Below are positions 1-9,598 of a DNA stretch of 64,000 nt, one piece after another (position 1 is the first letter of the stretch; each line of letters starts with the position of its first letter). The DNA lies in the IMG/VR virus record IMGVR_UViG_2778261574_000002. The stretch is one strand, 5' to 3'. The DNA comes from a virus. Its lineage: Duplodnaviria; Heunggongvirae; Uroviricota; Caudoviricetes. Position numbers and translations under genes: made by a program. Under the pieces are notes generated by a model that saw only the letters and a program-made list of their open reading frames with translations, was not told the DNA's origin and did not search any database.

Positions 1-27
1 GGGGATCTTTTCACCGCTGGTACCGAG

Positions 28-53
28 TTCTCTTAAACCAAGGTTTTTGCGAA
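28..53. other. cix/gix-like serine-invertase crossover site
   Basis: TTCTCTTAAACC-AA-GGTTTTTGCGAA: imperfect inverted half-sites with the AAACC..GGTTT core of Gin/Cin/Hin crossover sites, 65 bp upstream of the invertase gene. Confidence 0.5.
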
Positions 54-117
54 TTGCCTCCGTGTCGTCTGAACGATATTTTTTCCCGCTTTTAGCAACA
101 ATCGCTGGTGATAAAGT

Positions 118-699
118 ATGCAATATGGTTATGCGAGAGTGTCAACTTTTGACCAAAATTTAGAATTACAACTGGAGGCGCTCAGGAGTTCAGGATGTGA
201 CCGGATTTTTGAAGATAAAATATCCGGTGCGAAGTCAAAACGACCAGGGCTTGATAAGCTGATAAAAGTGTTGCGGCCTGGCGATACGGTTGTTGTCTGG
301 AAACTGGACCGAATGGGACGTTCTCTGATTCATCTTGTTGAGTTACTGAACTTTTTTTTATCAAACAACATTGAGTTTATTTCGGTTACAGAAGGGATAA
401 AAATTAGCACATCAATTGGCCGCTTTGCTTACACGATGCTGAGTGCGGCTGCAGAGCTGGAGCGGGAAAATATTATTGAAAGAACGCGTGCAGGATTGGC
501 TGTGGCAAGGGCTAACGGCAGGATAGGAGGACGCCGTTCAAAACTGACACCAGAGCAATGGGAGCAGGCCGGACGTTTATTAGCGCAAGGAGTCCCCCGC
601 AAGCAGGTCGCATTGATCTACGATGTGGCTCTGTCAACTTTGTATAAAAAACACCCCGCCAAACGAACGTGCATAGAAAGTAACGCTCAAACCAATTGA
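118..699 (+). CDS. serine recombinase, DNA invertase family (mosaic)
   Basis: YARVST catalytic-serine motif and VVWKLDRMGRS; C-terminal GRIGGRR..EQAGRLLAQG..ALIYDVALSTLYK resembles the Gin/Cin HTH domain; N-terminal half is more resolvase-like. Confidence 0.85.
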   Translation: MQYGYARVSTFDQNLELQLEALRSSGCDRIFEDKISGAKSKRPGLDKLIKVLRPGDTVVVWKLDRMGRSLIHLVELLNFFLSNNIEFISVTEGIKISTSIGRFAYTMLSAAAELERENIIERTRAGLAVARANGRIGGRRSKLTPEQWEQAGRLLAQGVPRKQVALIYDVALSTLYKKHPAKRTCIESNAQTN

Positions 700-831
700 A
701 TCGGTCGGCAACACAGATTGATTGTGCCCCAATAGCCACACTCAACCCACGATGTTTTTTTCGATAGTGGCGAATTGATGTAAAGGAGGTGAGATGAAAT
801 CAATTCGCTGTAAGACCTCCATTTTCCAACA

Positions 832-1056
832 TCACAACCAAGTAACGCTGCTGCCCGCAAAATGATCTAACGCCCATACGACCAGGGTGTCACCTCTGGA
901 AAGCATACGCAAAACCTTTTTTAGCCCTGGGCGTTCAGCCTTTTTGCCGCTCGCCTTGTCCTCAAAAATCAGCTCACATCTTGCGCTTTCAAGGGCATTT
1001 CGTTGCAAAGCAGTGTTTTGTTCATTTGTTGATACGCGTACATAGCCTATTAGCAT
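832..1056 (-). pseudogene. cin: truncated cin invertase remnant
   Basis: MLIGYVRVSTNEQNTALQRNALESARCELIFEDKASGKKAERPGLKK..TLVVW matches the Cin/Gin N-terminus; frame diverges and stops after 74 codons. Confidence 0.7.
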
Positions 1057-1183
1057 ATTTTCTGCTCACTATCGTTATTTATAGCAAGCTGCGGATTTTA
1101 ATTAACAAAAACCAGTATGTGTGGAAATCACAAAGTACATACCGTTCCCCAATGACGAACAACTCAAAATTGGCAAGGTTTTT

Positions 1184-1465
1184 ATGTCTGACTTTACAAT
1201 TTTATTTTTATCTATCTTTGGCGGAGTGCATTCGTTTCTGAATGGGGTTCGTGAAAAACGTTACGAAGCGTCATGCAGGCAATTGCTGGCCGAGTGTATT
1301 GCTGCCGTACTTGCAGGCTTTATAGGCATGTATTTCGCGGAATATAAGGGTATGGATGAAAGTCTTCAGAATTGCGTGACTATTATTTGCAGCATCAATA
1401 ACAGGCTCATTCTTGAAAAGTTACAAAGGATTATCGATTCGTACCTCAATAGAAATGCCTCTTAA
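1184..1465 (+). CDS. holin-like small membrane protein (LydC-like position)
   Basis: ATG at 1184 after AAGG; hydrophobic segments FTILFLSIFGG and IAAVLAGFIGMYF; architecture resembles the downstream LydA. Confidence 0.4.
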   Translation: MSDFTILFLSIFGGVHSFLNGVREKRYEASCRQLLAECIAAVLAGFIGMYFAEYKGMDESLQNCVTIICSINNRLILEKLQRIIDSYLNRNAS

Positions 1466-1532
1466 GCAACAAATGACCGGTTGAGAAGTTACTTTGCATA
1501 CCATTACCTCCTGACAACGTAGGAGGGAACTT

Positions 1533-1862
1533 GTGCTTGACACACAGGAATTAGCTCCAGTTGCTATTGCGCTCCTGCTTTCAGTAATTGGTGGGATAGG
1601 CACGTTCCTGATGGATGTCCGAGACGGTCGCCAGTCTGGCAATTTGTTGGGATTGGTTACGGAGATCTTTGTTGCAGTGACAGCTGGCGCGGTGGCGTAC
1701 CTATTGGGGCAACACGAGGGCTGGGAGTTATCAATTACGTACTTAATGGTAACGATAGCCAGCAATAACGGTCATGAGGTGATTTCAGGGATGAAACGAG
1801 TGAATATCGATAGCATTCTGAATGTTCTTACAAGTTTGGTGAAAAAGGGAGGCGGGAAATGA
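1533..1862 (+). CDS. lydA: holin LydA
   Basis: GTG start behind a strong AGGAGGG RBS; 109 aa with two hydrophobic helices; first gene of the lydA-lydB-hdf-darA block as in P1. Confidence 0.7.
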   Translation: MLDTQELAPVAIALLLSVIGGIGTFLMDVRDGRQSGNLLGLVTEIFVAVTAGAVAYLLGQHEGWELSITYLMVTIASNNGHEVISGMKRVNIDSILNVLTSLVKKGGGK

Positions 1863-2302
1863 TTGGCTGGGGTGTATGCGTTCTTGCGTTAGCCTTAGCC
1901 GATCGCTATTTGCTAAAACGCAAGGACATCACGCATTTAGAACTTGGTGATGTGGAAATTAAACCGGGTTTCATCCGGGTGCCGTTCAAATACCGGTCTA
2001 AATTCCCGTTTTTGCGCGGCGCAACGGTCAGTTATTGGATCCGCGATGTTCAGAAGCCGACGACAGTGATTGAAGGCGAACAACGTTGTCTGACGTCGGC
2101 TGAACAGGGCGAAAACAGTGAATGGTTGTACATACCCACTGAATATATGGGTAAAGGAGAGCGACTGTGGCATTTCAACGTCATGGTTACGCATGGCGAC
2201 TCGTTCATTAACCCGTTGTATCGGATTTTCCCTGTTTCTCAGCAAATCCGCAGAAGTTACGTAATAAATCTCGCACAGGATGTGTCAGATGACGAAAAAT
2301 AA
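1859..2302 (+). CDS. lydB: antiholin LydB
   Basis: 147 aa, ATGA-type overlap with lydA, RBS AAAAGGGAGG; position and size match P1 LydB. Confidence 0.7.
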   Translation: MIGWGVCVLALALADRYLLKRKDITHLELGDVEIKPGFIRVPFKYRSKFPFLRGATVSYWIRDVQKPTTVIEGEQRCLTSAEQGENSEWLYIPTEYMGKGERLWHFNVMVTHGDSFINPLYRIFPVSQQIRRSYVINLAQDVSDDEK

Positions 2303-2891
2303 GTATGCAACGGTCGATTTTGACCAGGTTAATGAAAAGGGGCTGAAATCCCTTATCGCGGCGATCAATAAAACCGGTGTTACGGTAATTGAGGTTGACT
2401 CCAGCAACCGCGCAACAACGAAAGATGGCGTTAAAGTTAAAACCGCAAAGCTGGTTCTTAACGACGGACAAATTCTTGCCATACAGGTAAACGATACTGG
2501 CGATATATCGTCTGTGAAGCTGAATGGAAAAGCTATTCCTAACGCTCAGTCGCCGGATATCAAGACGCTTGGTACCGTCATGGGGCAAGCGGCCCGCAAA
2601 AACTCCGCAAAATTCCAGAAATCACTGATCGCCAAAGCGAAACGTGTTGCCAATCCGGTAGACAAGAAACCGGCAGTAAAATCCAACTTTCAGCGCCTGC
2701 AAGAGGCAAAACAGCGGAATGCTCAGGTGGTTGCCGCTTATAAATCAGCGCAGAACTCGGTGTCTTTCAATCAACAGCAGATCACTGATTTGCGGGCGAA
2801 GCTGGATAAGGAGACAGGCCGACTCAATAACGAAAAGGCCCGAAATGGCGAACTCAAACGCCGTCTTAAGCAACTGAAAGCAGGAAATTAA
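2280..2891 (+). CDS. hdf: Hdf, homolog of a DarA N-terminal fragment
   Basis: contains NSAKFQ..AKAK segment also present in the following DarA (NSAKFQRAQKKKK); immediately precedes darA; start may be the ATG at 2289. Confidence 0.7.
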   Translation: MCQMTKNKYATVDFDQVNEKGLKSLIAAINKTGVTVIEVDSSNRATTKDGVKVKTAKLVLNDGQILAIQVNDTGDISSVKLNGKAIPNAQSPDIKTLGTVMGQAARKNSAKFQKSLIAKAKRVANPVDKKPAVKSNFQRLQEAKQRNAQVVAAYKSAQNSVSFNQQQITDLRAKLDKETGRLNNEKARNGELKRRLKQLKAGN

Positions 2892-2892
2892 C

Positions 2893-4812
2893 ATGGAACA
2901 GTTCAATATCAATAAAGGGGTGACGATCAAGCCTGGGCTTGACGTGCTTCCCCCGCCAGTGACTGATGATGAATATCGCGCATTAATGGCCGGTGAGGAC
3001 CGCTATCTGATGACGGAATCCAACACCCTGGAGGAAATCGAGGCTACGTTCTTCTATGACACGCCGATCCACTGGTGTGCTACGGATTTACTGGAGGCGA
3101 TTAGTTCTACTCGTTTGCAGTTACACCGGACCATGCAGGCATTTGTCCGGGCATTGAACCAGAAGCTGAATGGTACCGGAATCTCTGCGGGGAGTGATAA
3201 AACGGGGGATGTGGCCCAGAGCGGCGCGCGCGCGATCGGCGGCGCTGAAATTGGCCGGGCACGTAACGTTAACGGGCTGCCGGTCCTGCCAGCCATTATT
3301 CCGCTCAGTGATGGTCAGACTATCAGCATTCTGTTTCATAGCCCGACAGCGGAAAACCGGATCACCAATAGCGATACGCTGGTTGCTTTCCAGTTCTTAC
3401 TGAATAAAAAAGACGTTACTCACACCGTTGCTCCGATGAGTGGACGTGATATGACGCTGGCGCAGGTCACCATGAAACTTGCCAACCTTGCAGAGAAAAA
3501 CTCGGCAAAATTCCAGCGTGCGCAGAAGAAGAAAAAAGCCCTTGTTGATGAAATAACCCAACTACAGGCTGACAGTGACCAGAAAGAGGATGCCATGAGC
3601 GACCTCGCGGATCAGGTGGCAGCGGTAGAAGGGCAGAAGGCAGATCTGGAGCAGAAAATTAACGCTGTTGCATCGGAAGCGGATTCTCTTTATGAAGAGA
3701 ATGAGCGTTTGCAGACGGAGATTGATCAGCTCAATCGCACTGGTGGGCGCGATACCATTGCTCCAGCGGGGATGACTGGTGGGCACTCTCGCGCGCTGAC
3801 GGATCGCCTTGCCAGTATCAAAAATCGTATGCATATGGACGGGGAAGCGACGCTCAGTAATGGTGCATCAATGAAGCAATTCATTGGGGATGGCGAAGGG
3901 TATATCCAGTTAACCGATCCGGATGGCAGCGTATACATGATCAAGGCTAAATCCATACAGGGTGTGGACATGGCAGATGCGATCGGCAAGCTGTTTAAAG
4001 CCTATAAAGCGGGTAATGTATCGGAATATCTGGTCCAACCAGAAGAACATAAACCGGAAAACGTCGAACCTGAACCAGCGGAGGATACCGGTAGCTCTTC
4101 GCCTGAACCAGAAGTCTCTGTAGGTGCATATCGATATGCCCTGCAAATGCGTCCGGCGGCCCCTGGCGCAATACCTGAAGGTAACAAAGCGATTCTGCCG
4201 CGCCCTGATGAAGGTGACCCGTATTATGAATATGCACGCTACGGCATTGCTACTTACGATACCCCGCTTTCTGATCAGCAAATGAGTGAGTACGACCTGA
4301 AGTTATTGCCTCGCGAGGATTCTTTCGACTTCCTGGCGAAGACACTTACTAATGGTCCGTTTGGCAAATATGCACAAAAAGCTCTGGAGCTGGCCACCAG
4401 CTCACCAGACGAGTTCCGCGTAATGCTGAAAACTCAGTTTCAAAAAACTTTCCCCAATATTGCGTTTCCTGGGGGAGCTGGCACCGAGAAAATGGTGCAG
4501 AGCATGATCAATGCATTGCAGGCCGAAGTCGGTGAGATTACTCAGCCAGAACCGGCCCCGGCACAGCCTGATGAAACGGTTAGCGAAGCAGATGCAGAGG
4601 CTAATAAAGCCATTGAATATCTCAATAACGTGATGGATATGAAAAGCACTGACATGGCGGAGATCCGTAACGCCCGGGGCAATGTCCGGGAAGCGATTGC
4701 AGCCCTTCAGGCTGCCGGACGTTTTGAGGAAAACGAAGAGCTGGTTAACGGCGCAGCTCGCCACCTGGCTGATCTGCTGGTAGCAATCCAGAAAGCGGGG
4801 GTAGCGGCATGA
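2893..4812 (+). CDS. darA: DarA, internal head protein of the anti-restriction Dar system
   Basis: 639 aa, same length as P1 DarA; Ala/Glu-rich with coiled-coil core; operon context hdf-darA-ddrA-ddrB. Confidence 0.85.
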   Translation: MEQFNINKGVTIKPGLDVLPPPVTDDEYRALMAGEDRYLMTESNTLEEIEATFFYDTPIHWCATDLLEAISSTRLQLHRTMQAFVRALNQKLNGTGISAGSDKTGDVAQSGARAIGGAEIGRARNVNGLPVLPAIIPLSDGQTISILFHSPTAENRITNSDTLVAFQFLLNKKDVTHTVAPMSGRDMTLAQVTMKLANLAEKNSAKFQRAQKKKKALVDEITQLQADSDQKEDAMSDLADQVAAVEGQKADLEQKINAVASEADSLYEENERLQTEIDQLNRTGGRDTIAPAGMTGGHSRALTDRLASIKNRMHMDGEATLSNGASMKQFIGDGEGYIQLTDPDGSVYMIKAKSIQGVDMADAIGKLFKAYKAGNVSEYLVQPEEHKPENVEPEPAEDTGSSSPEPEVSVGAYRYALQMRPAAPGAIPEGNKAILPRPDEGDPYYEYARYGIATYDTPLSDQQMSEYDLKLLPREDSFDFLAKTLTNGPFGKYAQKALELATSSPDEFRVMLKTQFQKTFPNIAFPGGAGTEKMVQSMINALQAEVGEITQPEPAPAQPDETVSEADAEANKAIEYLNNVMDMKSTDMAEIRNARGNVREAIAALQAAGRFEENEELVNGAARHLADLLVAIQKAGVAA

Positions 4813-5174
4813 CACTATCAGCTATTGAGTTAATGGATCTCAGCGATAAGTTGGATGCTCTGATGTCCAAGGCGGCTACCGCGAGTGGCATGGAGTTGCT
4901 GGATATCAGCGATGAAATTGACCAGATCATGCAACAGATGGGGTACGGCGCGTCCGGCGGCAGTAGTGGCGAGGAAAAACAACCTTCGGTACATGATGGT
5001 GTGCCAAAACTGGTTGCTGATTTCCTGGCTGATAAATTCGTCGATCAGAGCACAGATGCATTTATCGGTACCTTGCAGGACTTGAGTCAATATGTTGGCA
5101 CATACATCGACCTGGACCAGGTTAAACAGCACACGGCGGCATGGATAGCCGCCAACATTAAAGAGGCAGCATAA
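4809..5174 (+). CDS. ddrA: DdrA
   Basis: 121-aa acidic protein, 4-nt overlap with darA stop; position as in the P1 darA operon. Confidence 0.6.
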   Translation: MTLSAIELMDLSDKLDALMSKAATASGMELLDISDEIDQIMQQMGYGASGGSSGEEKQPSVHDGVPKLVADFLADKFVDQSTDAFIGTLQDLSQYVGTYIDLDQVKQHTAAWIAANIKEAA

Positions 5175-5186
5175 GGCGTAACAGGG

Positions 5187-8174
5187 ATGAGCTTAAGCGA
5201 TCAGGTGGTTATGGCCACCAGCATAGAAACGCTGATCGAGCTGCTAAAGAACCTGCCCGATTATGGGCGGGTTTCGTATGTGGTGACAGCGAAGGGAGAC
5301 GAGGTAAAAACAGCGTTTGATATCGTCGATGCCTCGGCTCTTTTGGTATCCAATACTCTGGACGGGAAAATTAATCCGGACTATCCCCAGGAACTTCAGC
5401 CGCGCGACCGGACCCGCGCATCCAGCCTTCTTCAGGTTAACCAGATATCCAAAGATTTGCGACCTGCTCAGCTTACCGATTCCGGTTTATCCAGCCATGG
5501 CGCGCCGATAATTGGTGAGGACAATGCCGTTGAGTCGGGTAATGGACGGACCATGGGGATCATTAAAGCCTATCAGGACGGCAATGCGGATCGGTATCGG
5601 GAGTATCTGATTGAACATGCGACCGAATTCGGCATACGACCTGAAAAGGTTGAATCAATGACGGCCCCGGTACTGGTGCGCCGCCGGTTAACTAAGGTTG
5701 ACCGCGTTCAGTTTGCCAAGGACTCAAATATTTCTGATCTTCAGGAAATGGCAGCCAGTGAAAAGGCTTTTGTTGATGCCGACAACATAACTTCGGCGAT
5801 GATGGCGCTGTTTAACCCGTCAGAAAGCGGAGATCTGCTTAGCCGCAGTAATGACGCGTTTATCCGCGGATTCATGACGCAAGTTGGTGCCACACAGGCT
5901 GCTGGCCTTGTAACGGAAGATGGGCGACCAACACGGCAACTTGTAGACCGTATACAAAACGCGATCTTTGCCAAGGCATATAAGGATGCGCGCCTGGTAA
6001 GGATGGTTGCAGAAGAACCTGATCCAGATATGCGTAATGTTCTGACGGCGCTTAATGCGGCAGCCAATGATTTTGTCCAGATGCAGGCTTTATCAGGTGA
6101 AGCGCACAAGCAGGCTGTGACAACTATTGTTGATGGTATTGAGACAGCGGATAGTCTCGATAAAAAGGCGCTGGCGGCATTGAAAGATGCGGTAGACCTG
6201 GTAAGGCAATCGAAGGAGTCAGGCCAACATATTACCGATGTTATTGCTCAGGGGGATATGTTCAGCGAAACGGCCCCGGAAGTGAAAGCACTCGCGTTGT
6301 TTATCGTCGCGAATAACCGTAGCGCGAAGCGTATGGCCACCGCCTTTAAGTTGATGGCGCAACGTATCAATGATGAGTTACAGCACCAGGGCCAGGCGCT
6401 CGGGGATATGTTTGGCGGCGGCGATGTGTCGTTACAGGATATCCTTCGCCAGGTGTCTCAGGAACTGGAAAACGAAGGTATGCAAGGGATATCCAGCGGT
6501 CTTTTCGAGTCAGCTTCCGGCGGTAGTTACAACGGTGTTGCTCCATATACCAGTTTGCTATTACATCGGGCATCCGGCATCAAAGACATTATTCATCTGA
6601 TCAGGCTGCTTTCCCGTACAGATCCCCAGGATGAACAGCTTGTACAAGTGCTTGCGCATTTTGTTCGAATGCCTGTTGCCGACGTGAAAAAATGGTGCCG
6701 ATTATTCGGTATCAGCAATTCGTTACTTCGCGGCTTGTTAAATCACGCATCCTCCCTTGGGCGCGATGGCTTTGACGAGATAGCGCAGGCGATAAAAAAC
6801 GGAGATATGCCACCAGCTATTGACTGGTTTTCCATTCGCCCAACCAGGGTGAAAGCATTCCTTAGCGCGGCGCATTCGGCATCACCATTGGCAGAAATGG
6901 TTCAGAGGTTGTCGCTCATATTCACAGATCATACCGCGTTGGGTGATCTGACTCTTGACGAGATGAAAGAAGCCTCCATTCAGTGGGCCGATCAACAAAA
7001 TGAGGTTAACTCTGACTTCTTGCCAGCATTCAGGAAGGCCGTTAGTAAAGCGGATGATGCCCGTGGAATTCTGAAGGCATTTAAGGCATTGCAAAGTCGG
7101 GTTAATAAACATGTCGGTGGTATCGATGGAGTAACGGCGGAAGGCAGGGATATCCTTAAAGAGCACGGCATAACGCCAGAGTTTATTGATGAGATCAGGA
7201 CGGATATGCAGCGTGAGGTCGTATCGTCCCTGCAAATTGTAGCCAGGGCGTTGGCGGATGCTAATCCGAAGAGTGCGGCCATTGTTAACCGGGTTATTGG
7301 TGATATTGAAGCATCGGAGGGCATGGGGGCGCTGAAACTCTTCCTTTCGCGAGCGTTTAATCCTAACGGCAATATTCTCCCTGGCATTATTGGTGAGGCT
7401 AAAAAGTATGTCAGTGAAGAAGAACTTGAGCAGCTTGACCAACTACTTAAGCGATTCTCATATAACCCGCAGACACGCTGGCAAATGAATCAGCGAAGTA
7501 TGGGGTCGGTCCACGAGAAAGTGTTATCTGCCATGAACAGTGCGATCGCAAACTCATCCGTATCTGAAGAAAAAGCTCTTGAGTGGGCCGACTCTTTTAT
7601 CACGGAAGAAGTGGAAGAAGCCCGCGCTGGACAGAATGGTGGGATAGACCTGCGCAAGGAACTTGCTGATATTTATCGCCTGACCGGCGGGAAAATATCG
7701 ACCTTATCAAAGGTGATTCACCACCAGGGAAGGGCATATGCAAATCTAAATGGTGTTGTTGCTGTCAATTTGAACGATGAAAATGCAAGTGCACTGTGGC
7801 ACGAGCTGGGTCATCATCTTGAGTACAGTAACCCTGGTTTGTTAGAGAAAGCCCGGTCATTCCTGAAGGCCAATGTTGAAGGGGATAAGCCATCATTCGT
7901 CAATATCGGTGGGCGTGGCAAGCCTGAATGGTGCTTCAGATCTCGATTGAGTAATATTTATATGGCGAAGGTATACCCGCCAGTCTCAGTGAGTAACTCA
8001 GGGAAAATTCGGCAGAAATCACCGACTATTTCCAAAACGTCAGCAACGGAAGTATTCTCTATGGCTCTTCAGTTGTATCATGACAAAGAGGCCGCTGCCG
8101 CATCACTGATGAATGGTGACGGATTGCTGGAACTGTTATTAGGTGTGGCAAAGGAACTAAATAATGCAGATTAA
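5187..8174 (+). CDS. ddrB: DdrB, large head-associated Dar component
   Basis: 995 aa, follows ddrA; size and position match P1 DdrB. Confidence 0.7.
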   Translation: MSLSDQVVMATSIETLIELLKNLPDYGRVSYVVTAKGDEVKTAFDIVDASALLVSNTLDGKINPDYPQELQPRDRTRASSLLQVNQISKDLRPAQLTDSGLSSHGAPIIGEDNAVESGNGRTMGIIKAYQDGNADRYREYLIEHATEFGIRPEKVESMTAPVLVRRRLTKVDRVQFAKDSNISDLQEMAASEKAFVDADNITSAMMALFNPSESGDLLSRSNDAFIRGFMTQVGATQAAGLVTEDGRPTRQLVDRIQNAIFAKAYKDARLVRMVAEEPDPDMRNVLTALNAAANDFVQMQALSGEAHKQAVTTIVDGIETADSLDKKALAALKDAVDLVRQSKESGQHITDVIAQGDMFSETAPEVKALALFIVANNRSAKRMATAFKLMAQRINDELQHQGQALGDMFGGGDVSLQDILRQVSQELENEGMQGISSGLFESASGGSYNGVAPYTSLLLHRASGIKDIIHLIRLLSRTDPQDEQLVQVLAHFVRMPVADVKKWCRLFGISNSLLRGLLNHASSLGRDGFDEIAQAIKNGDMPPAIDWFSIRPTRVKAFLSAAHSASPLAEMVQRLSLIFTDHTALGDLTLDEMKEASIQWADQQNEVNSDFLPAFRKAVSKADDARGILKAFKALQSRVNKHVGGIDGVTAEGRDILKEHGITPEFIDEIRTDMQREVVSSLQIVARALADANPKSAAIVNRVIGDIEASEGMGALKLFLSRAFNPNGNILPGIIGEAKKYVSEEELEQLDQLLKRFSYNPQTRWQMNQRSMGSVHEKVLSAMNSAIANSSVSEEKALEWADSFITEEVEEARAGQNGGIDLRKELADIYRLTGGKISTLSKVIHHQGRAYANLNGVVAVNLNDENASALWHELGHHLEYSNPGLLEKARSFLKANVEGDKPSFVNIGGRGKPEWCFRSRLSNIYMAKVYPPVSVSNSGKIRQKSPTISKTSATEVFSMALQLYHDKEAAAASLMNGDGLLELLLGVAKELNNAD

Positions 8175-8472
8175 AATCGCAGCGCCATTAGGCGGAGATG
8201 CCATTATCGAATTTGATGATAATGAAGAAGTTTCCGGGCGTTTAAGCATTATCTCCGGTGACATTACCGAGGACATGATCGCTGAAGCCATAGCTGGAGC
8301 AAATCCCAATAGCTATATGGGATTCGTTAACACCCTTGATGCTCCCGCAAGTGATGTTCTCCGAACGCTGCATCTTTACGCTGGCTGGTTTGTTGATTGG
8401 CCAGCAGTAGATGGTGGTGATGAGGACGACGACGATGATTTTGGTGATCATATAGACCAGATCATATATTAA
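8164..8472 (+). CDS. hypothetical acidic protein
   Basis: ATG after AAGGA, overlaps ddrB stop; C-terminal DGGDEDDDDDFGD acidic tail. Confidence 0.4.
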   Translation: MQIKIAAPLGGDAIIEFDDNEEVSGRLSIISGDITEDMIAEAIAGANPNSYMGFVNTLDAPASDVLRTLHLYAGWFVDWPAVDGGDEDDDDDFGDHIDQIIY

Positions 8473-8475
8473 AGA

Positions 8476-8500
8476 AATCCCGCCAATCGGCGGGATTTTT
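8476..8500. terminator. rho-independent terminator hairpin, bidirectional position
   Basis: AAATCCCGCC-AATC-GGCGGGATTT followed by T run; sits between convergent + and - operons. Confidence 0.6.
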
Positions 8501-8503
8501 ACC

Positions 8504-9598
8504 TCACGAGAAGCTCTTTTCTGATGTCAGCCAACAGTGCTCGTGCAAATCTCTTGGTGGTTTTTCGACAAATGCCTCTTCAGCCACATCCTGCCAGGGG
8601 ATTTGTTTAGCCCATTCAGCTATAGCGTTATGGTTTGCCGAGAATAACGGTATTGTATAGGCCTTCAGCCAGTCTAATGTGCTGGAGTTGTGTTTTTGAG
8701 CGTGATGTTTCGCATGGTGTTTGGCGATCACGATCGTAGGCACTACCCATTTACTACCGTCAGTCATTGTGAAGTGCATATTACGGGGAACAGATGACTT
8801 TTCCATCAACTCCCGAATCCCGGGAAATTTCCCCAAGATCAATCGGCGATATTCATCGCTATTGCGCCCACCAAACTCTTTGGCTTTGAATTCAAGATAT
8901 GCTTCAGAAACGAGAGGTGAATCCTCTGTGTTTAGAGTTATCGCCGTGAAAAAACCAGCAGGATTGTTTTTACTATGGGCCAACCGGTGATGCGAATCAT
9001 AAAAGTACCCTTTCTCGCGTTCCGATGGTTTCGACAGCAACAGCAGGCGCGAGTCATAATTGGTTAAATTGCCAGTTATCACTGCATGAGCGCGATCGCT
9101 GATTTCCGCCGAGTTAATAACGATGAAAAGATCGTGCGGTCCAGTAAAACCAGCCAGAGACACTTCGTTATTCAGACAATAGGTTATATAGACGCATCCC
9201 CATATTTCACTGATATGCACCAACCCTTTGTCAGGGTGCATTCTGAAATGATTGCCAAGAAAAGGGTGTTTTTGGGTAACTCGCTCCCAATAACGGAACA
9301 TATAGTCAATTATTGTTTTTCGACTATCGTTAATAGCAGGAGAAACAACCACTGTACGGGAACACGAATACAGTATTGTTTGCAGGATGCTAATCACTGC
9401 CACAATAGAGGTTTCCCCAATACCATGTGGTGTGGTGGCAGTGACTTTGGCTCCGGTGTTCTTTATCGCGTTAATAATTTTTGCTTGATGAGGTGTTAAC
9501 TCAATATCAAGCAACTCTTTCGCTGCCAGTTCCCAATTGTCTTTATACTGTTCTATCAGTGCTAACCAGGCAGGTTCATTCTGTATACGATTAGTCAC
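8504..9598 (-). CDS. PacB-like terminase large-subunit paralog, ATPase-like domain only
   Basis: segment LLLLSKPSEREKGYFYDSHHRLA..FTAITLNTEDSPLV aligns with Pac[36 protein letters not shown]; Walker A position reads PHGIGETS (Lys replaced). Confidence 0.6.
   Translation of the reverse strand: MTNRIQNEPAWLALIEQYKDNWELAAKELLDIELTPHQAKIINAIKNTGAKVTATTPHGIGETSIVAVISILQTILYSCSRTVVVSPAINDSRKTIIDYMFRYWERVTQKHPFLGNHFRMHPDKGLVHISEIWGCVYITYCLNNEVSLAGFTGPHDLFIVINSAEISDRAHAVITGNLTNYDSRLLLLSKPSEREKGYFYDSHHRLAHSKNNPAGFFTAITLNTEDSPLVSEAYLEFKAKEFGGRNSDEYRRLILGKFPGIRELMEKSSVPRNMHFTMTDGSKWVVPTIVIAKHHAKHHAQKHNSSTLDWLKAYTIPLFSANHNAIAEWAKQIPWQDVAEEAFVEKPPRDLHEHCWLTSEKSFS

Noticed and set aside
981-1241. 86-aa plus-strand ORF overlapping the cin remnant
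   Set aside because: Overlaps the cin 5' fragment and its promoter region; hydrophobic low-complexity translation typical of AT-rich noise
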